A DNA stretch of 43,239 nt from Rhizaria sp. SCN 62-66 (Eukaryota). The DNA is taken from NCBI GenBank assembly GCA_001724265.1, contig MEDY01000704.1:1-43239 (forward strand). The letters are read 5' to 3'. This document shows, in pieces, positions 27,099 through 37,008 of the stretch. Within the stretch, counting starts at the first letter, position 1, and the number at the start of each line of letters is the position of its first letter. Under the pieces are notes generated by a model that made no database searches, had not been told where the DNA came from, and saw only the letters and a list, made by a program, of their open reading frames with translations. Position numbers and translations under genes: made by a program.

Positions 27099-30000
27099 TT
27101 ACGCCGCGGCGTGGAGATCGAGCAGCGCGGCGAGCTTGCGCAGCATCCTGTGCGCGAAACCCGTTGCAACCGCGGCGCCGGGCACACCGGGCACAGCGAC
27201 GCGGGCGTCAAGCGCAGCCAGCTCCTGCTCCTCGCCCCACGTGCCCGCGCCCGTGGCCGCGGCGGCGGCGGCGGCGGCGGCGGCCTCGCGGCCAAACAGC
27301 CCCACCACGGCCGACACGCCCGACGGCACGAACGAGAGCTCACCGCGCAGAAGCAGTCCATCACCAGCAGCAGCGACGCCGATCATCTCGCGCGCGCGGC
27401 CCGAGCCGTCGCCCGCCGCCGCCACGGCCGCGGGCAGCAGCTCCAGCACGCGCCGCACAACCACCAGCGGCGCCGCGACCGCACCGGCACTCGCGCCCGC
27501 GGCCGCAGCGGCGTCAGAGTCGCTGCGGGCGGCGCCGCGCGAGGGGCTGCCGCGGCCGGAATCGAGCATGGCCAAGGGGGTGAAGGCGTAGTCCGCGCCG
27601 CCGCGCACGCCCGCACCCGCGGCGGGGGCCTCGAGCAGCGCCGCGCGCGCACGCAGCAGCACGTCGCGGGTCTGCGCGGGCGACGACGGCGAGGCTGACG
27701 GGGCGACGGCCGCGGCAGAGGCTACGAAAGCAGACCCCCAGTGGCTCGCGGAGAAGCTGTTGGGGTGCATCACGCTCATCTCCGCCCCCAGCGCGCCGCC
27801 CGCGCCAGAGGCGAGCGCGGCGGCTGCGGCGGCTGCAGCGGCGGCGGCCTCGGCGTCGCCCCCGTCGGCGGAGTCGGCGTTGGCGACCGCGGCGAGCGAG
27901 GCGTATAACAGCCAGAGCGCGAGCTCGAGCGTGGCAAAAGCCGTCACCAGCCTCGCGGCCGCGATGCGCCGGCACAGCAGCAGCGCGGCAACAGCGTCGG
28001 CAACAACCGAGGAGGACGACATCGCGGCCAGTTGCGCGCGGCGCATGCCGACGCCGCCATCGAGCCACCCCGCGGCAGCGCCGTCCGCGGCCGCAGCGGC
28101 CGAGGCAGACGCCTGCGCGGCGGCCGTCGCGGCGGCGCTGCTGGCGCCCGCGCGCGAGAGCACAAAGCGGAACAGATCCGCCTCGGCCGCCGACGCGCCG
28201 CGGTGCTTAAATGAGGCGAGGACCGAAAAAAGCATCCCGCCGCGCGCCACCGCGGCAGCCGTCTCTGCGCAGAGGTCGACTGTGAGCGCGCAACGCGCCG
28301 TGCGCGCGGCCGCGGCGGCCACGGCGGCGGTCAGTGTCTCGAGCGGCGGCGCCAGCGCCTCCGGTTGCGCCGCAGCCGAGACGCAGGGCCGCCAGCGCGG
28401 GACGCGTTGGGCGGCGACGCAGCACGACAGCGCGTGGCGCAAGATAGAGCCGCAGAGGTCGGCGGCGCGCGCGCCGGGGGCGGCATCCTCGCTCAGTGCG
28501 CGCGCCGTCACGCCCTCGATCACAGCGCCAAACTGGCCAGCCGCGGCGGCCGCGGCGGCCGCGGCGGCCGCGGCAGCGGCGGCCGCGGCAGTGCCCGACG
28601 CAGACCCACCAGCAGCAAGCGCGGATGCCGACGCCGACGCGGAGGCAGACGCGGAGGCATTGGGCGCGGCAGAGCTGGAGTCGAGTGCGAGCAGCGCGCG
28701 CAGAGCGGGGGAGCCAGTGCGCGCAGGATCCTGGTACCGGCTGACGAGGCGCACGGCGAGGCGCGCGTACTGCGTCAGCGTCGCCATGGCGTCGAACTCA
28801 TCGCTGCCGTTGTTGTTGTTATTGCTGTTAAGACTAGGAGTAGCGGCGCGCGCGGCGGCAAAGAGCGGGCCCCGCAGCAGCTGCGCAACGAGCGCGAGCG
28901 TCGTGTCAAGCGTGGTGAGCGTCGACGTGAACACCAGCGGCGCGCCCAGCTCCTCGCGCAACAGCGCAGTCAGCGGCGCGGCGTGCGCGGCGAGAAACCG
29001 AGCCGCCGCGGTGTGCAGCCCCACGTGGCGCGGGCCCTGCGCAGTGAGCGTGACGACGAGCTGCAGCGCGGGGGAGAGCATCCGCAGCAGACGCTGCACG
29101 GGCAACGGGCTCTCAACAGAACTACCGCCGTTGTTGCCGGTCAGACCGATGCCCGCGCTGGCGCCGGCGACGACGGCGGGCGCGGAGAGCGGGGTGAACC
29201 GCGCGAGCGCGTCGACGGCGCCCGCTTCGACCAGCAGCCGCGCGCCGGCGGGGAGCGCGGCGACGGTGCCGAGCAGACCCAGCAGCGCCTCCACGGCGGT
29301 GACGGCGGCGTACTCGTCGAGTCCCGGCGCCACCGCCGCGCGCACCGTGGCGGCCTGCAGCTCTGCCTTGTCGAGCTCGGCCAAGAGAACGCTCAGCGCG
29401 CCGCGCGCCGTGAGCAGCGAGGCCCAGTCGGCGCCGGGAAGCCGTGCCGCGAGCGCGCCGAGACACTGCAACGCGAGCGTGCGCACCGAGTGGTGGCCGT
29501 CGGTGGCGTCCGACAGCAGCACCGCGATTACGCGCTCGGCGCGGCGCGACAGCACGGCGGTGTTGGCGCGCGCAAGAGCCTCGGCGGCCGCGGCGCATGC
29601 GCGCGTGCCCGCGTCGCTCATGGCGCCCAGAGCGCTGGAACTGACGCCGGCGACTGCGAGCGTGGTCGTGTCGCAGTCAGCGGCGCCGTTAGCACCGGCA
29701 CTTGGGGGGGCGGTGTACGTGAGATAGTGCGAGAGCGCAGTGTAGAGGCGTGCGCGCGCCGTCTGCGTGGGGCAGCACGAGATGGCGTCGACGAACGCGG
29801 TGAACAGCCCCGACGACTGGTATCGTGCGCCCCCCGCCGCGGCCGCCGCGGCGGCGTCCCCGGTGGCGTCTCCCGAGGCGCCGCCGGACGCAGCGAGCAG
29901 CGGCGAGGCGCGAAGCGCCGCGGCGAGCACAACGGCCGTGGTGGTGAGCGTCTGGATGTGCCTGCGCCAGAGTGGCGTCGCGTCTTGCACACGGCCCAGC

Positions 30001-33000
30001 ACCGTCAGCAGCAGCGCAGTCAGGTGGCGGTCCACCCACCCCGCGACCGCGGCGTCCCCGGCGCGGCAGCCGGCGAGTTTGACGGCGACCACGGCGACAA
30101 GCCGGCTCCACGAGCCGACGGCCTCAGCCACGGCGGCCAGAGTCGCGGCGTCTTGCGCCGCAGCCTCGGCGGCGCGCTCCTGGACCAGTCCTTGCCACGC
30201 CGCGAGCAGCGACCCGGGAACGGAGCCCGCGGGCGCGGCCAGAGGCGCGGAGAACTCGGACGGCAGCGGCACCACAGTCGCGGTCAGCAGCGCGCCGAGA
30301 CGCGACATCGCACTCGCCTCGGCGTCCGCCGCAGCCGCAGTCGCGATTGTGGCGTTCGAGTGAGCAGCGGCGTCGTTAGCCGAAGACGCCGCGTTGCTGC
30401 TGGAGCTGGAGAAGTCGCCCCACGCGGCGGCGGCGTCGAGCACGAGCTGCTCCAGCGCGTCCGCATCAGCGCGCGGCAGGTGATGCAGATAGCGAGCGGC
30501 GACGGCGGTCGCGGCGGCCGCGGACGAGGCCGGAGCGCCCGCGGCGGCTGCGGCGGCGGCGGCACTGCTGCTGCTGCTGCCGCTGCTACTGCTGGCGACG
30601 AGCGCGGAGGAAGAGGACGTGACGGCGCGCGTGAGAGCGGCGCTGGACGGCGGGAGCGCCCCCAAAAGCACGAGAAAGTCGCTCAGGACCGGGCTCTCCA
30701 ACGGCAAGTGCGGCGCCGAGGGCTGTGCCAGGAGCGAGGCCAACGACGGCGACGCGTACGGCACTGTGGGCGGCGCAGCGGCGGCGAGCGCGGACCCGGG
30801 GGCCGCGAGCGCCGCACCGGAGCCAGAGGCCGCCGACCCGGAGCCGCCGCCGACTGCGGTTGAGACGCCCCCCAGTAGCGCTGCAACAGTGCGCGGCAGA
30901 ACCGTCGCCGATGACGACGACGACGACGACGACGATGATGAAGATGAGTTGGCGGAGGCCGACACGGGCAGCGGCAGCGCAAGCGCGGGGAGGAGCGACG
31001 ACGCGTGCAGCACTCGCGCCGTGAGCTGAGTGACGATAGCGCGCTGCTGCAAGAGCGCGTTCATCACGCCCGTGCGCACTGGGCACACGGAGCGTAGACT
31101 GGGCACGTCGCGCGCGGCGGCGGCGACCGCGGCGGCGGGGTCCCGCGGCAGCCGCGCGAGCACCGTCGGCAGATACAGCGGGTACGCAGCCGTGAGATAG
31201 CGTGCGAACGGCCGCGCGGTGCCCGGGGAGGTGAGCAGCGTGCGCAGGAGCGCGAAGACGGCAAGCGCGAGCACAGGGAACGTCTCAGCGAAGCCGGGCG
31301 CGAGGCCGAGCCGCAGCACGGCGTCAAGGCAGCCGCGCGCGCGGGACGCGCGGAGATCGGAGGACTGCACAGACCGCCACGCGGGGGCTGCGCTCGTGTC
31401 GAAGCCCAGGATGCGGTGCGCCAATGAGGGGGTGTCAGAGCACAGTTCTTGTTGCAGAGAGCGCAGCAGCGCAAGGCGGCCGCGGTTGGCGTAGTCGGCC
31501 AAGCACAGTCCGGCCTCTGCGGCGGCCCACGGCGACGGACCGACGACGGCGAGTGCGGCGCGCTCAGCCTCAGCGTTGAGGCGTGCGCGGGTGAACGGAA
31601 AGCAAGCCGCCTCCTCCGCCTCGCTGTCTTCGTCGTCGTCGTTCGCGGCGTGAGAGTTCGCGGCGGAGTTCGCGGCATCGGCGGCGCCGCCGGAAGCAGA
31701 GCCGCTGTTGGCCGCGGAGTCGCTGTCGGCGCCGTTGCCCGCGTTGTTCGAGCCGCGGAGCAGCGCGGTGACCGCGTTGGCCGCGGCGGCGAAGGCCGGA
31801 TCGTCGCGCGGCGACAGCGGCTGCTGCGGGGCGGCAATCAGCGCAGTCGCGGCCTCGGCGAGCTGGCAGAAGTCGCGCGGCGAGGCAACCCAGCCCAGCA
31901 GCAGCGCGGGCGCGCGGACGCCTGCGCTGAGGTGGCGCGCCAGCTCGGCCGCCGCGTGCGACACGGCCGCGGGGTCCACGGCGGCGCGCTCGGCGGCGAG
32001 GGTCGCCAGCACGTCTTGCGTCTCGCGCGCGGCGGGCGAGTCGAGCGCGTCCGACACCAGCGCGGGTGCCGGGACGACGCCGCGCTCGACCAGGGCGTGT
32101 GTGTAGACGCGTCGGCGGAGCGCGGACTCGGCCGCGAGGCGCGCCGCGGCGTCGGCGGACAGGGACAGCCGCTGCACCGCGGTGGGGGCGGCGGCGGAGC
32201 CCAGGCGGAAGCCCGCGAGCGTCCAGAGCACGAGGACGTCCTCGTGCGCGCACCGCAGCAGCTGCTCTGTGAGAGTCGTGAGCCGGAAGCGTGGCCGCAC
32301 GCGGTGCAGTGTCGCCATCAGAGAGGTTTCACAGCGCGCCACCTGCAGCAGCACTTGGAGCGCGCCGAGCAAGCACGCCTCGGTCAGGGGCCGCGGAACA
32401 AACAACGCGCGCGCGGCGCGCTCGAGGGGGGACAGAGCTGCGCACTCGGCGTCGGCCGCGTCGCTCTCGCGCTCGCCGTCGACGCCCGTCGCGGCGCCGC
32501 TACTGCCGGAGCCGGAGAGGCCGCTGCCGCTGGAGGCGCCGGAGCCCGTCGTCAAGGAGGAGGAGGCCGCGGCGGCGGCTGCGGCGGCGGTCGCGGCAGC
32601 TGCGGCTGCTGCGGCGGAGTCGGCGGCCGCTGCTATGGCGGCGATGGTCTGGAGCTCACGGCGTAGCGCATCGGAGTATGACGACAGCGCGGCGGTCGAC
32701 GTGGCGAGGTACGCGCGGGCAGCGGCTTCAGTACCCGTGAGTACCACGGGGGGCGCCTCGGTCGCCGCGGCTTCGGCGGCGGCGGCGGCAGCGGCCGCGG
32801 CCGTGGCGGCGGCGGCAGCCGCGGCGGCTGCAGGAGTCAGGGCGGCGGGCGCGGCGGCGGCGGGGGTGCCGAAGGAGAACGCAGTGCGAGCCGGTGCGGC
32901 TGCGGCAGTGGGGGCAGCAGCAGCAGCGCCGCCGCCGAAGGAAAAGCCGCCGAACGCGCGCGGGGCTGCCGCAGCCGCAGGCGCAGCAGCCCCGGCGGCG

Positions 33001-36000
33001 GCGGCTCCGAAGCCGAGCGCGGGCGCGGCGGCAACGGGGGGCGCTGCGAGCCTTGCGGCCTCACGGATCTTGGCGGAGAGAGTCGCGACGTCGGGCTCCT
33101 CAATGAGCGCAGAGCCCAAGTGTGCGTGCGCGCGCGCGACGAGGCGCATAAGCAGCGCGGGCAAAGTGAGCGAGCCGAGCGCGTGCAGCATGGTATCAAC
33201 CGCGGGGGCTGCGGCGGGCGCGATGAAACCGGCGGCCGAGCCCGCGGTCGCGGCCGCGGCGCCGGGGGCCGTGGCCGCAGGCAGCAGCGGCAGCGCCGCG
33301 GGGTCAAGTGACTGCAGCAGCCGCGCAAGCACGGCCAGCGAGGCCTCGATCACCGCCCAGCGCTCAGTCGCGGATGCGTACGCGGCGTCGAGCGAGGGCA
33401 GCAAGATCGAGTTGCGCAGGAGGTCAACGTACGGGGTGATGCCGGGCACGCGCGCGCCCGCGCCGAGCGCGACGGGAACGGGCGCGGTGCTAAGCAGCGT
33501 GAGCAGCAGCTTGACGAAGGCCAGGGTGAGCGGGTAACGCGCGCGCTTAGGCTCCACCGCGGTGATGTCGTACAGGAGCCCCGACGCGGGGACGGAGCCC
33601 GGCAGAGTCGCCGTCTGCCACGGCAGTAGCGCCGACGCCTGCGCGCTGCTCGCACTGGAGCCCGTTACGCTCCTAGCCTCGCCCGCACCACCAGCAGCGC
33701 CGGCGTTGTTGGGGCCGGCGAGAGTGCCAGCGGCGTTCGAGCTCGAGCTAGCGGCGCCGGCGCCGTCCACGCTGCCGTCACCGGCCTTGCCCACGCCGGC
33801 GCCCGCGCCGCCAGAGCTGACGACGACGCCCCCGGCCGCGGCGCTCGCGCGCTCGGTCTTGGCGACGTCGACGTCGACGACGGCGAAGGTGAACGCGCCC
33901 GCGGTAGCGACGGCGCGGCGGCGCTCGGCGGCGACGTCGATACAGCAGTCGTCGAGCACACGCCAAACCGCGAGCGCGGCCTCGGGGCTGCCGCGGGCGA
34001 GCGCTGCGAGCGTGTCGACGGCGGCGGCCTTGAGCTGCGGCGCGGCGCGGCACAGCAGCAGTTCGTGCAGGATCGGCAGCGCGCGGAGCTCCGCGCTCGA
34101 GACCAGCGCGTGACGCACCCAGGCAGAGCGCGCGACGGCTTGCACGAGCCGCAGCAACGCCATCACCACGGCGGCAGACGCGGGGTCGATCGGCAGAGCG
34201 GCGTACGCGGTCGCCGCGGAGGCCGACAGGGCGCCAGCGCCGGGATAAGAGACGCCGCCTGCATTAGCAGCGGCGGCCGCGGCCGCAGCGGCGGCCGCGG
34301 CGGAGGCGGCGGCGGCGACAGGGCCACGGGCAGGGGAAAACTGCGCCAAAACGCGGTCTAGCACGCGGAAAACGATCTCCCAGGAGAGGCGCGACGAGTG
34401 CTGGATCAGCGAGAAAATGTCCTCGGCGGCCGCAGCGTCGCCACCGGCGCAGAGCGCCTCGAGCAAGTCGACGAACGTGGGGAACAGAGGCGATTGCAGA
34501 GGGATCGGCAGACCGAGCCGGGGGCCGCCGCCGACGCCAGCGGAGCCGGCGCCCGCGCCCGCGGCGGCAGCGGCAGCAGCGGCAGCGGCGGCAGCGGCGG
34601 CGGCGCCGGGGGCCGAGCCCGCAGCGGCCGTCGCCGCGGCGGCCGAGGCCGAGGCCAGTGACAGCGACAAATGCAGAGACGACGCCTGCGGGTCAGCAAC
34701 GCCCGCGGCGAGGATCTGCGCGATTTCGGGGCAAGACCGAAAAAAGGCGACCGTCTGCGGCGCCGCGCGGGCGACGCTGGCGGTGAATCGCAGCAACCAG
34801 TGCGTTTGCAGCGCCGCCGCGGGCGCATCGGGGCCAGCGCCGTGGAGAAACGTCTCGTCAGCGGAGAAAACGCGCGCGAACTCACCGGGGAACGCGTTCA
34901 GCAGCGCGGCGAGCAGGACAGCAAAGGTTTCACCGAGAGCTGAGGCGCCGGCGGCCGAGGCGCCCGCGCCCGCGGCGGCGGCGGAAGCAGCGGAGGCGGC
35001 GGCAGGCGCGAGCAGCGGCGACGCGAAGCCCGTGGTGACCCATGACCGCAGCACGGGGCCCGCGATACACGCGAGGCACATGTTACTGCTCGCGGCGTCG
35101 GCGTCGATCGAGAGCCCGGCGCCAAGCACGGGCGCAGTGCGGCGCAAAAACAGCGCGGCGGGGAGGAGAAAGCCGTCTTGGTGGGCACGGCCAGCGCCAG
35201 GCCAGTCGCCGCCGCGAAGCGCAGTGACTAACGCCTCGGCAAAGGCAACATGCGGCCGCGCCCAATCACCACCGGCAGCGCCAGCGCCAGCCGCACCGCC
35301 AGCGGAGGAAGAAAGAGAATGTGTGTATGTGGGGTGGGCGCGCGCGAGGTCGGCGGCGTCGGCGGCGGCGTCCGCTGCGGCGGCGACGGCGGCGGCCTTG
35401 GACTCGAGCGCGGCGGTGACGCACGCGTGGAGCTGGAAGATCACGAGCACGGTCGCTGGGTCGGGTTTCACGGCCACCGAGGAGGAGGCCGACGACGCCG
35501 TCGAGCTGGAGACCGAGCCGGCCGCGGAAGGGCCGAGGAGGGACAACGGAGCGACTGCACCGGGGGCAGCAGCACCGGCGCCAGCGGCGGCGGCGGAGCC
35601 GGTGGCGGCCGAGGCGGCGAGCGAGGCCGAAAGCGCCTGTGCAAGCTTCATGAGCGCAGTGAGGTCGGCCGCGGCGACGTCAAGCCCGGGGCGGGAGAAC
35701 AGCGTGAAGAGGATATCAGCGATGGCGAGGGCTTCGTCGGCGCACTTGCGGCGCTGCACGGGGGAAGTACGCGTGAGTAACGCTTGCGCGGACGCGCACA
35801 GGTTACCCACGAGTCCCCCGCGCAGGCACTCGTCCAGCGCAGTGGCGATGACGTCGGCGAGGCCCGCACCGAGCGACGCGGCGCCTGCGGGCGTGGACAC
35901 AGTGTGGCGCAGCGCTGCCAAGTCGGCGAGCGCGGACAGTAAGTTGAGCCGCTGACGGAAGTAGAGCTCGTAGACGCGGCGGGTGCAGGCCGTCATGAAC

Positions 36001-36344
36001 GCGTCGGTCATGTGCGGCTTGATCGCGGTCTCGCGCTTGACCAAGTCAGCGGCCGCAGTGAAGAGGCGTGCTGTAGTCAGTTCGTTGAGCGAGACAGCGT
36101 CTGATATGGCGAGAATAAAGGGCGCCCAATCGCGCGGGAATGCGACTGTGGCGCCGTCAACAACAACCTTGCCGGCCTCAATCATCGTCTTGTCCTGCGG
36201 CGACGTGGCGCGCTGCGAGCAAGGGTTCGACAGCAGCGGCGCGTTGAGACGCAGCACTTGGCGCAGGTGGTCGAGGTTAATGTGCGATTGGCCACGCCAA
36301 GCGTCTTGCAACAGCTTGGCGAGGTCCTCGTGGAGAACGAGCAT
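27099..36344 (-). CDS. NUP205: Nuclear pore scaffold nucleoporin Nup205/Nup192-like, ~3,081 aa, with poly-Ala/Ser expansions
   Basis: Blocks resembling Nup205 as recalled: LAISDAVSLNELTTARL, LKAAAVDTLAALARGSPEAALAVWRVLD, YPLTLAFVKLLLTLL...LGAGARVPGITPYVDLLRNSILL...AYASATERWAV, PSLAHRILGFD. The ORF-track start (36536) is a TTG; the first ATG is 36344 (MLVLHEDLAK). Confidence 0.88.
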   Translation of the reverse strand: MLVLHEDLAKLLQDAWRGQSHINLDHLRQVLRLNAPLLSNPCSQRATSPQDKTMIEAGKVVVDGATVAFPRDWAPFILAISDAVSLNELTTARLFTAAADLVKRETAIKPHMTDAFMTACTRRVYELYFRQRLNLLSALADLAALRHTVSTPAGAASLGAGLADVIATALDECLRGGLVGNLCASAQALLTRTSPVQRRKCADEALAIADILFTLFSRPGLDVAAADLTALMKLAQALSASLAASAATGSAAAAGAGAAAPGAVAPLSLLGPSAAGSVSSSTASSASSSVAVKPDPATVLVIFQLHACVTAALESKAAAVAAAADAAADAADLARAHPTYTHSLSSSAGGAAGAGAAGGDWARPHVAFAEALVTALRGGDWPGAGRAHQDGFLLPAALFLRRTAPVLGAGLSIDADAASSNMCLACIAGPVLRSWVTTGFASPLLAPAAASAASAAAAGAGASAAGASALGETFAVLLAALLNAFPGEFARVFSADETFLHGAGPDAPAAALQTHWLLRFTASVARAAPQTVAFFRSCPEIAQILAAGVADPQASSLHLSLSLASASAAAATAAAGSAPGAAAAAAAAAAAAAAAGAGAGSAGVGGGPRLGLPIPLQSPLFPTFVDLLEALCAGGDAAAAEDIFSLIQHSSRLSWEIVFRVLDRVLAQFSPARGPVAAAASAAAAAAAAAAAANAGGVSYPGAGALSASAATAYAALPIDPASAAVVMALLRLVQAVARSAWVRHALVSSAELRALPILHELLLCRAAPQLKAAAVDTLAALARGSPEAALAVWRVLDDCCIDVAAERRRAVATAGAFTFAVVDVDVAKTERASAAAGGVVVSSGGAGAGVGKAGDGSVDGAGAASSSSNAAGTLAGPNNAGAAGGAGEARSVTGSSASSAQASALLPWQTATLPGSVPASGLLYDITAVEPKRARYPLTLAFVKLLLTLLSTAPVPVALGAGARVPGITPYVDLLRNSILLPSLDAAYASATERWAVIEASLAVLARLLQSLDPAALPLLPAATAPGAAAATAGSAAGFIAPAAAPAVDTMLHALGSLTLPALLMRLVARAHAHLGSALIEEPDVATLSAKIREAARLAAPPVAAAPALGFGAAAAGAAAPAAAAAPRAFGGFSFGGGAAAAAPTAAAAPARTAFSFGTPAAAAPAALTPAAAAAAAAATAAAAAAAAAEAAATEAPPVVLTGTEAAARAYLATSTAALSSYSDALRRELQTIAAIAAAADSAAAAAAAATAAAAAAAASSSLTTGSGASSGSGLSGSGSSGAATGVDGERESDAADAECAALSPLERAARALFVPRPLTEACLLGALQVLLQVARCETSLMATLHRVRPRFRLTTLTEQLLRCAHEDVLVLWTLAGFRLGSAAAPTAVQRLSLSADAAARLAAESALRRRVYTHALVERGVVPAPALVSDALDSPAARETQDVLATLAAERAAVDPAAVSHAAAELARHLSAGVRAPALLLGWVASPRDFCQLAEAATALIAAPQQPLSPRDDPAFAAAANAVTALLRGSNNAGNGADSDSAANSGSASGGAADAANSAANSHAANDDDEDSEAEEAACFPFTRARLNAEAERAALAVVGPSPWAAAEAGLCLADYANRGRLALLRSLQQELCSDTPSLAHRILGFDTSAAPAWRSVQSSDLRASRARGCLDAVLRLGLAPGFAETFPVLALAVFALLRTLLTSPGTARPFARYLTAAYPLYLPTVLARLPRDPAAAVAAAARDVPSLRSVCPVRTGVMNALLQQRAIVTQLTARVLHASSLLPALALPLPVSASANSSSSSSSSSSSSSATVLPRTVAALLGGVSTAVGGGSGSAASGSGAALAAPGSALAAAAPPTVPYASPSLASLLAQPSAPHLPLESPVLSDFLVLLGALPPSSAALTRAVTSSSSALVASSSSGSSSSSAAAAAAAAGAPASSAAAATAVAARYLHHLPRADADALEQLVLDAAAAWGDFSSSSSNAASSANDAAAHSNATIATAAAADAEASAMSRLGALLTATVVPLPSEFSAPLAAPAGSVPGSLLAAWQGLVQERAAEAAAQDAATLAAVAEAVGSWSRLVAVVAVKLAGCRAGDAAVAGWVDRHLTALLLTVLGRVQDATPLWRRHIQTLTTTAVVLAAALRASPLLAASGGASGDATGDAAAAAAAGGARYQSSGLFTAFVDAISCCPTQTARARLYTALSHYLTYTAPPSAGANGAADCDTTTLAVAGVSSSALGAMSDAGTRACAAAAEALARANTAVLSRRAERVIAVLLSDATDGHHSVRTLALQCLGALAARLPGADWASLLTARGALSVLLAELDKAELQAATVRAAVAPGLDEYAAVTAVEALLGLLGTVAALPAGARLLVEAGAVDALARFTPLSAPAVVAGASAGIGLTGNNGGSSVESPLPVQRLLRMLSPALQLVVTLTAQGPRHVGLHTAAARFLAAHAAPLTALLREELGAPLVFTSTLTTLDTTLALVAQLLRGPLFAAARAATPSLNSNNNNNGSDEFDAMATLTQYARLAVRLVSRYQDPARTGSPALRALLALDSSSAAPNASASASASASASALAAGGSASGTAAAAAAAAAAAAAAAAAGQFGAVIEGVTARALSEDAAPGARAADLCGSILRHALSCCVAAQRVPRWRPCVSAAAQPEALAPPLETLTAAVAAAAARTARCALTVDLCAETAAAVARGGMLFSVLASFKHRGASAAEADLFRFVLSRAGASSAAATAAAQASASAAAAADGAAAGWLDGGVGMRRAQLAAMSSSSVVADAVAALLLCRRIAAARLVTAFATLELALWLLYASLAAVANADSADGGDAEAAAAAAAAAAALASGAGGALGAEMSVMHPNSFSASHWGSAFVASAAAVAPSASPSSPAQTRDVLLRARAALLEAPAAGAGVRGGADYAFTPLAMLDSGRGSPSRGAARSDSDAAAAAGASAGAVAAPLVVVRRVLELLPAAVAAAGDGSGRAREMIGVAAAGDGLLLRGELSFVPSGVSAVVGLFGREAAAAAAAAAATGAGTWGEEQELAALDARVAVPGVPGAAVATGFAHRMLRKLAALLDLHAAA

Positions 36345-36370
36345 GCTGACTCGAGATGAAACGGGCGGGG

Positions 36371-36502
36371 CTGCCGGTGAGTCAAGTGTTAGAACTGCTG
36401 TTGTTGTGTGCACGGAGTGTGCTGGGGTGTTGGAATCAGAGACAGCGCTGGGGTCGAAGCGAAGTGGACGGCCAGCGGGGCTGCTGAGAAGGGGAGACTC
36501 AC
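36371..36502 (-). other. Putative 132-nt 5'-UTR intron of NUP205
   Basis: GTGAGT donor at 36502, CTAAC branch-like motif (36392-36388) and GGCAG acceptor at 36371, 26 nt before the ATG. Confidence 0.55.
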
Positions 36503-37008
36503 GCGCGGGCGGCGGAGCGGGCAAGGCGGGAGCCAAAGGGAGCGGAAGACGCCAGATTCAAGCGCAACTCGCTGCAGAGAAGTTGGGACAGACAGGGAAC
36601 TTCGGGGAAAGCTGGGCGCGAAGGGCGGACCGTTGGGACGCAGCGGAGTTAGGGTTCGTTAAACGTGAGTGATCAGCAGGAAATACATCGTGTGAGCAAG
36701 TATAATAGAAATGCAAGATAGAATAATGCGTTTTCTTTCTAAATCAATTTGATATCTATTTACCACATGACGACCTGTCGCTATACACTCTGCGAAAGCG
36801 TGGCGCCCAGCCAGACAGCGCCGGCCGGCCAGCGGCGGTTGGCCACAGCTCGACTTTTTTCGGCCCCTGCTGCAGTCGGTCTCGTTGAAGAACGCCGTCA
36901 CGGAGAGACGAAGAGTGTTCTGGTGGGGGCGAGAGTGTGAACCGTGAGTATTGCTGTATCTCGACACCTGAACCGTCAGCGAACTTTGCGAAAGAGTTTC
37001 TAATCACA
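36503..37008. promoter_or_regulatory. Probable bidirectional promoter region between divergent NUP205 and DDX10
   Basis: Head-to-head genes with start codons ~660 bp apart and a GC-rich core at ~36800-36930. Inferred from geometry only. Confidence 0.5.

Noticed and set aside
27005-36672. Long plus-strand ORFs (655, 832, 405, 451, 512 aa and others)
   Set aside because: Antisense to NUP205 in very GC-rich, stop-poor DNA; low-complexity translations.
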